From assembly GCF_052425735.1 (NCBI RefSeq), contig NC_135759.1:310001-374000 (forward strand): a stretch of DNA of 64,000 nucleotides. The letters are read 5' to 3'. Of the stretch, positions 1 through 14,453 are shown in pieces. Position numbers and translations under genes: made by a program. Origin of the DNA: Oculina patagonica. Taxonomy: Eukaryota. Positions within the stretch are counted from its first letter, which is position 1; every line of letters begins with the position of its first letter. The notes below the pieces were generated by a model that was not told the origin of the DNA, did no database searches, and saw only the letters and a program-made list of their open reading frames with translations.

Positions 1-335
1 CTGAGAAAATATTTAGGGAGAATGAAGGCATTGCTTAGATGTTATTAAAGGAATTAAACCGATTACAAAACTCGCAGCGAAGAGAAATCAAGTTTAAATT
101 ACTTCTACGCACTTGTAATATTACAAAACTATTAACTGTAATTATTATTAAAAATAATATTGTCACTTTAAATTCACAGTGTTTTTTTAACACATTGACT
201 GAGATGTAACTTCTTTCAAAACCAGAGTTAAGACCTTTAGAAAATTGTAACTAGTTGCCAGTCTGAATTGAGATAATGATAAATTGCGCATAAAGGCTGT
301 GTCGAAGTTATTTAAAGGTCAAAAGGATAGTTTAC

Positions 336-3300
336 CTGAGAGAGTCCACATAATAGTTGTCATTAACAGCATCTGTCTCTAGGAAAAGCTGCACTGCTCT
401 GTCAGCCTACGAAAGGAATCAGAAAAAAAATCAAAAATCATCATTTCTTTCTTTTAATAGTTTTCCACAGATCAACCAAACTAATGTGGCTTACTAAAGT
501 GGAGCGTGTCACTGATGTCTTCGTGGCTTGTCACCGCTATCGTTTTAAAATACAATTTTACAACAATGTTCGTACCTGTCCTAGCAGCACAAGAGTCTCT
601 GCACATTTCCTTGTGTGATCGTATGTTGATCTTTTGCTGTCGTGAAGAGCGAGACGGTCCAGCTGACTTCTCTGAGAAAAAAATCGCTAATAATTAAAAA
701 AAAATATGTTCATAGATCACTGGGCATTGCACAGTGAGGGGAGGGGTAAGGGTGTTTTCCTATACCAGCCAAATGATCGTCCAATCAAATCACCTCTTAC
801 CTGAAATGCATCCGTGTCACTGATGATGTCATAGCAAGTGTCGAGGGAGACTGGGTAGCAACAGCAGCTTTCATTCTCACTCGCACCAGTCTCTTCTGGG
901 CCACACAGTTCAAGATCATCGTCAATTGACAGTAGATCCAGGCTCCTGGCACTGTAACTCCGCCTGAGTTTGGCTGTGGCCTCGGATGGGTTGAACAGAT
1001 CAGCTGAATATGACCTTGCACGGTTGTACAACGGCTGATGTTCGGTCTGGAATATAAACGACAACCAACAGCATGCAAGACCGTTAATGATCTAATAAGC
1101 GCCCGAGGCGTCTAGGGGAGGCGTTAAATAGGTACGAGGCGTTTATTAGAGAGAGGCGTTTATTTCACTTAAAACTGTGACAACGTCAACAAAACAAATT
1201 GGATGGGTAGTTTGCTAGTGGAGTACGATACAAAACAGAGTTTGTGGGTAGCAAACTAATCTATGCTGCGCTAATACAAAACCTAGAGATGTCGTTCACA
1301 GTTCGATATCGACGTTTTCATCGTCATCGGGGTCAAACATGTTGGCGTTGTTGGCCTCTTCGATGTCCGAGTCAGGCAAGAAACTTACAATTTTGCGTGA
1401 TTTTATTATTTTGAGCATTTCCTTGCTTTTTGAGTTGATAGTTTTTACGTATTCTTGGAGGGGGCGTCTATTAGGCACGGGGCGTTTATTAGAGGGGGCG
1501 TCTAATACAAACTTTACACTTCAGGAGAGGCGTTTATCAGATACGAGGCGTTAGCACTTTTCATTTAGGCTAGATGAACTGTGGTTATGCAGCACTTTGT
1601 GAGGATTCAGACAAATCTTGTTAAACTACGTGTAATCGCAGGATATCTGTTAGGTAAAGAGGACGGACAACCTTACCTTATGTTTTGAACACAAGAGTCT
1701 CGCCTTTTCCCGTCTGAGGTAGTGAAGGGCAACATCCCAAAACACTGTTTCTGCTTCATCTCCAAATAAACTGAAATGTGGAGTATGACGAAATGAGGTA
1801 TAACTTCTAAAATTCACGACATTTGAAAACTAGGTTAAGTCACTGGCAGCTAGTGGGAGTACCAGTCTACTTATAAGCAAGCCACGTCATGTAACTCTCA
1901 TCAGGTCTCTCTGACCTATGACAATCAAGTCCATGGAGGTATTAAAGAGGTTTTTGTTATAATTTAAAAAGGTTAGCTAGAAAAGCAAGATTTCTTGCTG
2001 TTTCATAACAAACTTACTGTGCTGCAAGGTAACACTTCTGTGCAGTTCCCAAAGTTGAATTCTTTAGCAAATCTGCAATATTCCTGAAGAAAACCAAAAA
2101 ATGATGACTATCTGTTAACCGATGCCTGGTTTCTTAGTAGCATGTCTGAAATATGGGCTTTAGAACATACTCCTTCAAGATGTTTTTAGCTTTGGCTGAC
2201 TCTTCTATCGTAACACTTACTTGTAGAAGGTGAAGGCGGGGAGGTCAAGCTCGAAGGTGTTGTTTTAGCCCTGGCCAAACGGTAACGTAAGTGGACGCAA
2301 GCAGTCACAAGTCGAGCTTGCGTACAGACTTGCGTTCGCTGGCCAAACGGACTCTTAAGTTTACTCGCAGGTGCACGCAAGTTGTCAAAAAAGCCAGTTC
2401 AATGCTACTGCGCGCGCTGCACTTCGTACTTGAAGTAAACAGCAAGACTTGCGTTGGGTGGCCAAACGGTGAAAAACTTGCGTTGACTTGCGTGCAAATT
2501 TGATCTCGACCACCAAAGTGAATGTAAGTCAAAGCAAGTGCACGCAAGTCCTGGTTAAACGGCAACGCAAGTGGACGCAAGTTTTCAACTTGCGTCTACT
2601 TGCGCCTCCGTTTGGCCAGGCCTTTATGGTGTAACCTCTCCTCAGTTACCTAAATACTGCGTCACAATGGTAAGTTTAAAAACAAAAGCTGTGGTGACAT
2701 ATTTTTCACATCAAGACAAGGGCATGTCTTATACTTACGGTGGAATCATTTCAAGTTGATCTTGAATTGCTTTCAGTGATTCTTCTTTCTTTATTTCCCT
2801 AAAGTATTTAAGGTAAGGTAAAGGTAAGGTCATCTAAATGAAACTAACACTCATCCCTTTATATGCATGAAGCAACTGGATCGGCCTTATGTGTGGACGT
2901 GCACAAAGAGGATTAAGCAAGTAAGTAACTAACTACTTTAGGTTACCCCAGCAGCATTTTATTGCCTTTAATACTAATACTACAGTACCCATTTGTGCAA
3001 AAATGATTTGTTAGCCAAAAAAGAACTACACGTAACTGTACAAAATAAAAACTACAGATTAATTTTTTTCTCTATAAAATCTGATTGCTTATTTTATTTT
3101 TAACTTCACGTTAACTGAATGTTGAGTGTTATGAAGTGAGAAAAAAGAAACGTTTTTGCAACAGCTACTTTACACATAGCAAAATCAATTAATAATTAAT
3201 ATCTTACAAGTCTGTAATGTCTGTAAAAGAGTACTGGTCCCTTCCCAGTGAGTGCTGCAGAATGGACTTTAGAATAAGACTTGTTTTTGGCTCCATGATG

Positions 3301-6300
3301 TGAGGGCACCACAAAGGACCTTAATGACAAAAAAAGGCCAGTTAGTCAAGTGATCACAAGCAAAATAACTTATAATAATAAAACTGTGATTTGAGAATTG
3401 TACTAATTGGAAGGAGTACAGACAACTTAAGCAAAGGAACATACCATCTAGGTCCATCTGAGCCATAGCTGAGGAAGAGGTTTTGAGGTCCATAGTCATA
3501 ACAAGAATGGCTCCATTGGAATGGGTGGCTATTGGCAGATCTGATGCAAGCCAGTCCATGTCAACAAGAGGCGGAGAGTCCTTGGGCAGTTTATAACTAC
3601 TGTAGATCTCAAACTTATGGAAAACAAAAGATAGAATTTAGTAAAAAAAGAAAATATAAAATTCATGTAATTGTACTGCGGATATACATTTTAAGCAAAT
3701 GAAGGATCATCGCAGTAATGTACTAAACTTAAGCAGTTGAGAAAAGCAATAGCCTGAAAAAAAAAAAAAAAAATCTGAATTTTTTTTTCCCCAGGCTTGC
3801 TTTTTTCAAGTACATTACTGCAATGATCCTGCATTTGCTTAAAATAGAATTTAGTGTTAACCTACTTTTAAATGATAAGGAATGTTTCAGCCAACATGTG
3901 ACTAAAATGCAAGGTATGTACTAGAATGTAACAAAACCTGCATGAAGGCCGGAACACTGAGGCACCCCAAAACAAGCCAGATTAGTTTAGGGTTAAGAAT
4001 TAGGCTCTAAGGTTAGTGGATGTTACCAGTTTAATGGCTGGTGCTTGGTGGTTTTTGTGTTAACTTTTTCAAGGGTGTTCTGGGTTCGGTTGTTTTGGAC
4101 TGTTCAAGTATTTCGTGCTACAGTACCAATGTACAATGTAGCACAAGTCTTAAGCTCAAGTTATAATAACCTTTCAATGCTATAAAATTAAATACCACAG
4201 TAACTAAATTTAAAATACCTTTTGTATATCCCAAATATCAATTCCGTCACTAAAGAGGGCAGCAAGCTTGTTGTTCCCTCGGCCAGGACCAAACTTGATT
4301 TTCTTGATGTGACCTCTGTGTGTTGCTATAGATCTGGTAACATTACAGACAACAGGAACAGAAAGTATAGAGGAATCCCAATTTCTCTAACTTCCTGACT
4401 ACTTGAACCCGTCATTTCCCTTGGATTTGCTCCACTTAGTCCCACACTACAATTTTATCCCTGTTTTCTCAAACTCCCGATTTCCTCAAAACCAATTTCT
4501 GTAAATTTCCCTCTGAGGTTCAAGAAATTGGGTTTCTGTTATAAAAGATAAATCCTTAATTTTCTAGCTAAAACTATCACTTTCTGGATGAACACAAAAG
4601 GAGACTGTAAATCATCACGAGATGAAGGTTCATTTGCAATATTGTCTATCAGTGAATAGTAAATAATGGAAGAACAAATCAAATTACAAGATGTGCAAGA
4701 CAACACTAAAATTTAGTCTTGTAATAAGTGTCTACTATAAAAAAAATAGTGTATACCTTGTTACCCTGGCCTTCAATTCCCAAATGCTCAAGTTGCCATC
4801 AACATCACTCAAGACCAACAAATCACCTTTCCAAGCTATGTAGGTGACGACACCAAGGGTACTCTGGGGGAGTGAGGAAAGGAACTTATTTGTCACTGCT
4901 GCATAAGACAGTTAAGATTTTCACTCTGACTACTAAATAAAAAGAACTCCATATAAATTTCTTTAACAGAATCCATACTTACATCACACTGAACCTTAGA
5001 GCCATCTTTGATAACTGTGCCTTCCACAAGAAAATGATACAACAATCTGTCTTGATCCACACACACAAAGTGTTCTCTTATCCAGGACTGAAAACCAAGG
5101 AGAAAGTAATAATAAAAGTACTTAAACTTCAATGAAAATGTCCTATTCGTCAATTAAACAGTTTGGCACAATACAAAGATAGAAAATAAACATTGTCTCT
5201 AGCATTTGTCTGTGGCTGAATTGTTACTCAAGAAAGCCAGATCCCTTAAGCCAAGATTTCAGTGACACAACAAGCAACACAAGAGGATCAAACTACTGCC
5301 TTACCATAGCTGTTGGATAAAAAGCCTTCCATATTCTCATTTAGTTTAAATAGCTCTAGAATTAACTTTGCAATGGTTGTGAGTGAGTTTCCCATCCATA
5401 ACATATTTGTAATAGCCTCAGAGAGTTGGGTGTGTGAGAGGGGAACACTTCTACCTGTGTCGCTGTGTGGTCTGTCTTGCTTGGGTCCAAAACATTTGCC
5501 GCAATGCCAGAGGGACTCATCTCAAGCTGCTGACTCAGCTTTTTCTTTAGGTGTTTGGAGTGATGTGATGGAGACCATTCCTAGTGAAAAGACAAAACTA
5601 GACTGCAATAAACCATTTCTCTGTCACATAATTATACCAATATTCAAAATTAAATAACGTAAATTTATAATATTTTGACTAAATTTCAAAATTCTGAGGA
5701 GCAGATACCAGCACATTAAAGAACTGTCCATTAGCTTCTATTTGATTGGTCACACACTAGGATTTTCAGACTTGAAGTTTTATAAAACAATCTTGTACAG
5801 CATTACAAAGACCTACATGGCCACATGACAGTAAAACTGAGTGCCTTTGTTGGAACGTTCACATACTTCAACTTCAACTTAATTACTTCCATCACTTACA
5901 TAAATAATTTATACTGGTGAGTTTCAGTTCATTTTCAGACTTTTATGACTTAAAAAGTAAGAACATAGAAGGGTTTCCTGTTTAAAGTGACAGACAAGTT
6001 TGGATGTAAGGATAAAATTTAAAGGATTTACAAAATTATGACTTTTTAAAACATACCAAAGCTGTGACTGATGAAAAGCTTGATGGCATCTCTCTGAGGA
6101 CTGTAAGGTTCTTTAGATCCCACAGCTGCAGTGGCCTGTCTTTGATTATGACGAGAAAGTATTGCCTGTCATGCGCAAGAAATCAGGTAAAAGGTTAAGT
6201 CGCATTCAAGCTTATTGCCTCATCAGGTCGGCACTTATCTCTGGTTCCTGTAGCATAACAATGACTTACAACAATGACTTTCAACTAGTAATAATCATCT

Positions 6301-9300
6301 ATTAGAGGAGTGCGTTTCATTTAATGCACACACCTCCCTAGGATTTTGATAAACCATTTTCAACAACATGTTGACTAAATTGAAAGAATAGTAAAATTTA
6401 ATTTTCAACAGTAGGGTTAACCGTACAAATCAAAGCGCCAATGAAGGTTTACGTTGATAATTATGTGCAATGTTGTGTGCTATAAGTCCATGTGATACGT
6501 GCATTAAATCGAGGTCAATAACATGAAAGCGAGGCATTTTGCTAACTCCAAAATTTCCCTTGGTATAATTAAGCAGGACACCCAGTATATGCACAGGATG
6601 CCACATGAAACTAAGAAGGCATTCTCTTTGGTTGAATGCAATAAAATTTATTATTAAGTAGTCACCTGAGATGAGACACCTTGACGGCTTCCACAGACGA
6701 TTCATCTGCTGCCTTGCCAAGTTCAATGGGAGTTGTTTGACCTGTAGACAAAAAAACTCTTTAGACTTGCATGAATTTATATTCATACTTTAAAGAAAAG
6801 ATTAATAATCAATATATAAAAAGGAGAGTTAGAAAGAGTTCAGCTTCTTAGCCAGATTCAACACCCTGACTAGGAGGATCTCACAATTTAAGGGCCATGA
6901 TTAAGCTATTACACTAAAGCTACAATGTAGGCTCACACTAGGGGACTAGTCGCAGGGAATAGTCGCAGGGACTTATCCCTTAGTGTGTACACACGTCTAG
7001 AAAATTGACCGATTTGTGGGACTATTGGTCCCTGCGACTAGTCCCAGAAATCAAACCAGCTTAATTTGTGGGACTTGTCACAGGGACCAAAAACATGGTC
7101 CCTGCGACTAGAATTTTGATGCAAAATACGAGTACACACTAGGGGACTGGTCTCCAAAGCAAGTCCCTGTGACTAGTCCCCTAGTGTGTGCCGACCTTAA
7201 GAAAAACATTTCCTCTGTGGATGTTGAAACATCAAGAAAAATTACTGTAAGCAGCTTACATTGCATGAAATTAAATATTAATAATATAATATACCAGTTC
7301 TTATGCTGACAAGTTGTAATTCATTCTTGGATGTACTCCCAGAGGGCTGAGCCCACGAAAAGAAACTCTCCAAGTTACTCCAGGTAATTCCTCTGCAAGA
7401 ACATTAAACAGGAAAATACTTAATAATTTCTTAAAAATGCTTAAATGGGCATGCCGTCACAGTTAAGACAGCCTAGATCATAGGCTGTGTTAGGATGTTA
7501 TGATACTTTCATGACTCAAGTAGAAGACTGAATTAATTACAAGAACATTAAACAGGAAAATACTTAATAATTTCTTAAAAATGCTTAAATGGGCATGCCG
7601 TCACAGTTAAGACAGCCTAGATCATAGGCTGTGTTAGGATGTTATGATACTTTCATGACTCAAGTAGAAGACTGAATTAATTACAAGAACATTAAACAGG
7701 AAAATACTTATAATTTCTTAAAAATGCTTAAATGGGCATGCCGTCACAGTTAAGACAGCCTAGATCATAGGCTGTGTTGTTGTTGGATGTTATGATACTT
7801 TCATGACTCAAGTAGAAGACTGAATTAATTACAGGTTATCAAAGGTTTCAAAAAGGTTAAAGCTGAAACAAGTTGCTCACTTCATAATTAGACTTTTAGT
7901 TAGTCAGTTAACCAGTAAATTAGGTAGTTTAGTTAGACAGTTAGTTAGTCACTTAGTTAATTAGTTAAGTTAGTTAGTTAATGAGTTAGTTTTTCATTTA
8001 AAGGTTTTAATGATTCTTCGTTTTTATTTCGATTTTTTACAGCTTAGCTATTTTTTTTGTTAGTATTTCCTTTTATCACTGATGTAAATTTTTAAAGTAA
8101 ATTTCACTTTTAAATAATATTTTTACTGTAAAGTGCCATGAGCCATGGATATGGCGCTATGTAAATCTTTATTATTATATTATATTGTTATTACTTCACT
8201 GCTCCAGTGTGAATGGTATATTCTCTGGTTAGCAAGCCAGTTCCAAGGTTAAAAACTTGAATGCAACCTTGATTGTTTCCTAGGAAAATAATAGAAAAAA
8301 TTACCTTATGGTTATAAAACAGTTTACAAATAATATTCACTGCATTGCTTGACTATTTAAAGTCCAATTTATCTACCCAGCATTTGCTGGAACAGACAAG
8401 AGTTTAAACAGCAGGTCCATCAATTTCAAGCCCTTTAAATTCTCTAAAGTTAATCAAAATTTGATCATCCATTCAATGGACAATTTACTATCTCTCAGTC
8501 TCTGTTCTATATCCAATCTATTTATGACTCCTTGACCTACCAACTGCTATGAGTGGTTTGTAATTTGCCCAATTTTTTGTCGTCAAGGGTGGACACATGA
8601 CTGAGCAGGTTGGCGGTGATGACACACTGCTAGACAAGGTCATCATGATGAACTTGAAATGACCAGAATTTGGAATCACGCTTCCCAAGGTAAGAGGTGG
8701 TTGAATCACATCGGCAAGCGTCAACTTAGGATTTATGTTACACTGCAAGTGTTCTTGGCCTGCATCACATGGCATTGAAGCTTTCAAAGCTTCTTCTGAC
8801 ATGAGTGATGACTCCATAGTTTGAAGCCTTGTAGCTTTTAATTCCCATATGATCATCCTACCGTCGCTGATCAACAAAGCAACTTTTCTTTCACTGAGTG
8901 GACAACACATGAAACCAAATAAACGGCTTGACTTGCTGAGACGCAGTGGGTCTGACTGGCATTTGTTTTCATAAATTATATCCACGGATGCATTTGTGTC
9001 ATTACTAGCTTCATCGCCAGGTTCAACAAAATAAGGATTGTTTGCCACACGTCTACGCACTCGCATAATCACACTGCCATTTTCATGCAAGCACATGAGA
9101 ACATCACGCTGCTGGCAAGGGATAACTTGGAGAAAGGCTGGACTGTTTCTTTCCAAACTAAATGAACAGACGGCTTGGTTGATTTCCATGTCTAATATCA
9201 TTACTTCTTTGGGAAACAATGCCAGAAGATGATGACGAGCTGAAGGGAGATATGCGAGCTGAAGGCAGTCGCTAAGGGCAACGCTCTCCTCTCCAGTTCT

Positions 9301-12300
9301 GAAACAGGAAAATAGGGATATTTTAGCCAAAACCTGACATACATTTTAGATATACCTTTTAAAGTAAACTGTATTTCTAGCATATTAGATGGAATGTACA
9401 CTAGCAAGTGTAGTGCAGAACTTAGAACACTATCCATGTAAAACTCATCATCATCATCATCATCATCATCTCCGCCATGTAAAATTGACATCTTCTTGTT
9501 GACATCTCATTCCTCTGCTTCCCAGTAGGGTTCAGTGGCAATACTAGTTTCCGTTTCTGTAAGAGGCATTATTTTTCGGAAGAGGTTAGCAGCCCACTAC
9601 CAAACTTCAACCTGGAGGAACAGGGGCTGTTCTTTGTCTGGCCTCTACCCTTCGACGAATCCAGTAGTCATTGCATTGAGTCATTGAGACATGCAAGCTT
9701 TCCCACCATGGCAAGGTGCCAGCCCAAGGTTTAGCCATGTAAGATAAGGAGAAAACATTCCGTACCTGTTTTTTGATTCACCTCCTGCCCACATTCTCAT
9801 CCTGGATAATGCTGACTTAGGTGTCGACGGTTTGGCTGAGTTCTTACTGTCCTGTCCAGTTGCAGGTGAACCTACAAAACTGCCGCTTGGTGATGTGGAA
9901 CCAGAGCTTGTCAAGTAGAATTTGCGGCCATTGCTTTCTGGTGCTCTGTTTATGGAAAAGTCATTGATGAAGAGAATCCAGTCCTGGCACATCACTGAGA
10001 ATGAGAAGGAGAACCTTTTTCAGTATTAGATCTGCTGCAAATGATTAATATTAGAGGGCTCGGAAAAAAAGTCATGCAGTGTTGTTTAGTGCTTCATGGC
10101 TAGGTAGCTATATTAAAGCCTCAGAGTTGGTAGCGTCCTTTTCTGAAGCTCTTTGGGCTTCTCAGTTGTCACGCACTCCTCTGAGGCTCTCAGGGAGGAA
10201 AGGTTGCATGATTAGCCCAATGGATGTTTGTGTAGACAGCTACAATGTTGGTGATCGATGCAGAACTCATAAACATTTTGACTCTTTTATTCTTCAGTAA
10301 TGATGATCAAAACTTATTTTTTCCTTGTTTAATCAATACATTGATAAGCAGACAAGTGATGGGAAAAAAGAGATTCATCAACATTGGGATTTGTCCCAAT
10401 GCACCACCAAATTCAAAGAACTAACATAAAAAATGTATTGAATAGATTTCGCCAAACCTATAAGTGGAGCACCCCAGTTATTTTCTTAGATTTCCTTTAT
10501 TTAAACCATATACAGGGAAAAATAGATCTAGTAGAAAACCATTATTTGGTCAGTGGTCAACTTCAGAAAAGCATGTGACCTTGATGAGTTCTGCACCTGA
10601 GCCTGCAATATGGTCATGTGATACTGGTCAGCGGATAACATGTCTTGACAGCTGTCAATTGAACATAACATGGATGTCCAATATCAAAGATGTAAGCTGA
10701 CGTTAGTTAACCTTAACAACCCATTTCTGGAGTATGGCCGCCATGTTGATGTCGCTAGGCGCACGTGCCCACGAACCATGCCACTAGCCAAGATGATCAT
10801 GAAAAACCAAAAGCATGGTTCTGTAAATTTTCCATGGATATTGGGCTCTGCTCTGCGGCCCTTCAGGCCGCTGAGAGCTCCGCTATGATACAGTAAGGCA
10901 AGAAAATTTACATTTTCTACTTCGACACTGAAACTTTGTTCATACAACATTTCTATCTTGAAGAACCATACATGTATATACTTTTAAAGTTTCATGCTTG
11001 TTTTCAGCTAAAGAAAAGATTGTAAACTTACAAGTTACATTGGAAGGCATGAAAGGATCAAAAGCAAAGCACAACAATGGCTCCTGGAAAGTCTTCTTCC
11101 ACAGCTTTGTTCCAGTGTCAGCATTCCACAGAATCATTGAAGATGGTGCGTGAAGCACTACTAAGAGATCATGACATGCATCTTGAGTCGCAAGCCATTC
11201 TAGATCCAGAATTGGCCTGTTTCCATCTGAGAACTCTGCCACTGCAGTCCCTTGGGGGATGTCCCAGACGATAACATTGCCAGCTGTATCACCAGATGCA
11301 AGGCGTAAGATATAGGGCGAGTTCAAGTCATGATGGTAGTTATCTCGTGCCCATTTGACCTTAGAAAATATAGCATAAAAGGGATATAAGCACCAGAGGT
11401 ATACAGAGAATACAGATTATTATATAAACTGCAGTGGTATAGTGAGTGGTAGCAAATCGAGAAAAATGGTATCACACATGTGTGGATAAAAATGGTATCC
11501 ACACATTTGTGATATAATTTTTGGCCAATCAGATCGCAGAGTTTGCCGTGTTCCAATGCTCAATGAGCCAAATTTTATCGATATGAAGTTGAAACATCTT
11601 CGGATCTTCCTCGACAATCTTCGGTAATCTTCGGTAGTCTTCGGAGAACTTCGAAAATTTTCGGAAAAGTTCGGAAAATGTTCGGAATCATTCGTATGAC
11701 CTTCGGACAACATTTTGAAAATCTTCGGAATTCTTCGGAAAATGGTCGGAAATCTTTGGAAAATCGTTAAAAACATCAGAATTAGTAGATTTATATAATA
11801 AGCACAATAATAAATGGTAGCTTGGATAATATCTCCGCGCAACCATGTATTATCCTTTATAAAATTCATGTAATTAAACCAGGCAAAAACCTACCTTTGT
11901 ACAAGGAGCAGTATGCTGGTTAAGAACTTGAATGATCTAAAAAAAAACAGTCAAAATAAATTATTGTCTAAAGACAACTACTCTAAATTTCAACACTTGA
12001 TTATGAATGCCACTCTCACAAGGACATGCCAAATATAAAATTGAAAATGATTAACATATAACTTAAAATTTCTAATAGAAGCTTTTACCTGAACTGATTT
12101 AGGATCAAAGACAACCACAAAGTTTTGACATCCATAAGCAATGATTGATTGCCGTCCCCTAAAAAAAAAAAAACATCAATTTATTCTAGGTCAGCTTGTT
12201 AATTTCTCCTAACTGTTTTTAATCTATATTTAGAGGTACCTTCTGATTGGCTAAAGGCTATGTTTTTAAATTCAAAAATTAAAACGAACATAATATGAAT

Positions 12301-13828
12301 TTAGTACTCTTGGGGTTACAAAAGTGGCAGTTGCATAATGGCTTAATTGCACTGCACTCTCAATAGGGAGATCTGGTTTCAAGCCTTGATGGGATCATCC
12401 TTTTCTTGTGTAATAGTATAAATGGGTGCTGGCAAATTAAGGTGATTCCACTGAAATAGAAGGAGTATTAAAAATTTTCTGAAACTTGGTCCAGGTTACA
12501 ATTATGTTATGAGCATTAAAAAAATGAAATAAAAAATGGGGGTCACCGCGCTAGTTTTTGTGTAAAATGGATGGACATTATAGCAAATATACGACCCGCG
12601 AGATATATATTAGGAACCCAAGTAATCCAAATGGGGATCGCTATTATTTCCAGAAAAAACATTTTGCATTAAAGAATTAGTCTAGTTCAACAACATAGAC
12701 TTTGATCTTATATTAAAAACTATTCTTATTGTACAGGAATTAAGATAAGGAAAGAAATTTAAGATTTTGCTTCGTGCGCACGTTAACGGCACTACCTAAA
12801 AACGTGTTTTTTACGGCATTAAAATTAAAATATCTCAATGTAGAATTTAAACTTTTTTTAAAATCGCGATATATTGTAGACAACCGTATGACATTTAAAT
12901 TAATGCATTAAAAAATGGGGGTCACCGTGCTCATTTAAGAGAAAATGAACATTTATTTCCTTACCGAGCTTAGCCTGAAGGGAATCTCGTTGTGTTCTGT
13001 GTGCGCGCGCGCTACATGACGCGAAAACTTATGCGCAGAAAGGATGCGCAATGCAATACCGTGGAATCACCTTAAAAAAAGTGACAAAAATGCTGGGGGT
13101 AAAATCCTGCCGTAACCCAAGTCAGGGAAGGTACTGATGCAGCTATCTGGCTTTAACCTAACCCCAACCTTCTTGGGGTTCCTGGTATTTGCTAAGAAGA
13201 CTGGTCTATTTTAATTTTAAACTGCAGAGAGAACTTTAGGTGGGCATGTTTACCCCTCTTCAATTGAGCATAAAGAGGACTAAGAGCCATTCCATTTTAT
13301 ATCCACACCTTCTCCCCCCCCCCCCCCCATATAGATAGATTTTTGGAGGGGGAAAGGGGGGGGGGGGCAGGGGGGGGGGGTAGGCTGTCTGAAGGGATTA
13401 AGAAAAGTTGGCTTTTTCTGAAGGGGTTTGGAAAAATCGGGTTATTTCTGAAGGGGGGTATCATGCTGGCACTTTGATCTTTTTTTCTTAGTGGGTAAAT
13501 TTTGACTTACCTCATCAATGGAGGGGGAAGGGGGGGGGGGGTGGATATAAAATGGAATGGCCCTGAGCAGTGAGACGATGAAAATGATCATGATAGTTTA
13601 AAATGATAATGAAGAAATGTGTGAGAGAGTTTAATAATTTATTATTGAGGCACTAAATTCTTCATTAGCGTACCTTAACTTTTTCAATAGTGTACCATTC
13701 AGCATATTTTATATACATTGTACAAGGAAAGCAGAAATGTACAAGTGAAACACAAATACTCACCAATCACAAGCTCCTCGATTTTGAGCGTGGAGCGCAC
13801 CGGGCAAAACTCGCGGTGATAGCTTCAT
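336..13828 (-). CDS. WDR11: WD repeat-containing protein 11, multi-exon, 3' end lies beyond the window start
   Basis: Spliced exons with GT/AG ends: 13764-13828 MKLSPRVLPGALHAQNRGACDW; 12089-12158 GRQSIIAYGCQNFVVVFDP; 11895-11936; ~11031-11359 VKWARDNYHHDLNSPYILRLASGD...LWNADTGTKLWKK; ~9766-9995; ~8541-9298 DCLQLAYLPSARHH...QRDVLMCLHENG; further exons near 8194-8279, 7295-7392, 6666-6742, 6056-6166, 5457-5580, 4983-5087, 4757-4865, 4219-4335, 3444-3600, 3208-3330, 2740-2798, 2017-2084, 1677-1770, 801-1047, 577-671 (RSTYDHTRKC), 336-407 (DRAVQLFLET). Motifs match human WDR11 as recalled. Positions 1-2 form an AG acceptor on the minus strand. Confidence 0.95.
1078..1553. mobile_element. MITE-like non-autonomous DNA transposon (ACCGT.. 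terminus, GGCGTTTATT subterminal repeats)
   Basis: Repeated aggcgtttatt/ggggcgtcta motifs at both ends. Similar to the elements at 20757 and 24654. Confidence 0.55.
2267..2622. mobile_element. PIF/Harbinger-like MITE
   Basis: TIRs gccctggccaaacgg ... ccgtttggccaggcc, TTA-type flanks, internal cttgcg/cgcaag repeats. Confidence 0.7.
2881..2935 (+). mobile_element. Probable 3' end remnant of an RTE-type LINE
   Basis: gccttatgtg...gcacaaagaggat followed by a degenerate (taag)n tail. Confidence 0.4.
3700..3840. repeat. Inverted-arm remnant of the tRNA-SINE-associated repeat family also seen at 61960-63070
   Basis: gatcatcgcagtaatgtac...gcctgaaaaaa / ttttt...aggc...gtacattactgcaatgatcc form inverted arms. 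Confidence 0.5.
6927..7198. mobile_element. Harbinger-like MITE
   Basis: TIRs cacactaggggactagtc ... gactagtcccctagtgtg with internal gggac/gtccc repeats. Confidence 0.7.
7396..7832. repeat. Tandem repeat, ~144 bp x 3, abutting a WDR11 splice acceptor
   Basis: Unit caagaacattaaacaggaaaatac...gactgaattaatta starts at ~7396, 7540 and 7684, near-identical. Confidence 0.95.
9445..9735 (-). mobile_element. Degenerate RTE/SINE-like retroposon remnant with (GAT)n tail
   Basis: (cat)n run at 9446-9470 and caacctggagga.cagggg...tctggcctctaccctt motif. Confidence 0.4.
11418..11860. mobile_element. Non-autonomous Crypton-like element with internal (ttcggaaaa)-type repeats
   Basis: Inverted pair ttattatataaa (~11417) / tttatataataa (~11790), CCAAT box at 11523, truncated terminal hairpin ~11803-11855. 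Confidence 0.5.
12438..13075. mobile_element. Kolobok-like MITE with TTAA target duplication
   Basis: ttaa|ggtgattccac ... gtggaatcacc|ttaa. Confidence 0.75.
13283..13563. mobile_element. MITE with C-run/G-run subtermini
   Basis: TIRs gccattccattttatatccac ... gtggatataaaatggaatggc. Confidence 0.7.
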
Positions 13829-14453
13829 GACAGCTCAGAATGGCGTGTAATGAATAACATTTGAATCCAACCTCACAGATTTATAAGATTTTGTAAAAAA
13901 ACAGCAACTTGTAGGCATAAAAACCTACAAACCCAGATTGCCTTTCGTTTCCGCCATCTTGGATTTCCTCTTTCGTATCATATTTACTTTTGCGACCGCT
14001 GACCTTGTGCGAAAGCCATTATTTCTAGGGAGGGGTAAGGAAAGAAAGTTTACGATGTCATATTTTTTGCTGTTGATCAAAATAACATTTGAATCTGGTA
14101 GAAAAAGTTATTTATTAAATAAAAGAAAACAAATTATGGTGCCTCTGGAAAAAGCACCTCCAAAGTGGTGATTTTATAGCAGATGTTTTGCTGTTAGTTC
14201 GGTTGCTTCTCTACCCTACCCCCGTTGAAACGGTGCAGTAGTCGGCGCGATGGCGCGAATTCTGAAGCGACGGACTGTACTCCTTTGGAAAAGAAGTCAT
14301 TTTTTTGAGGAAATGGCAGTCTTCAATTGCGCTTACCTTTTGTTTCAAGATAACGCCAGATTGCCGTCTTTCTTAGAGAAGTGAAAAGTTTTGTGTCGCC
14401 ACTGGATTATGTGCAAATAGGTACTTTACAAAATGCCAGCAAGCACCATGTTG
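13829..14453. promoter_or_regulatory. Bidirectional promoter WDR11/FANK1
   Basis: Divergent gene starts, CpG-richer segment, YY1-like CAAGATGGCGG on minus strand at 13951-13961, probable FANK1 first-exon donor gtaag at 14454. Confidence 0.55.

Noticed and set aside
11420-11869. 149-aa minus-strand ORF
   Set aside because: Arises from ttcggaaaa-type repeats of a non-autonomous element and is not protein-like.
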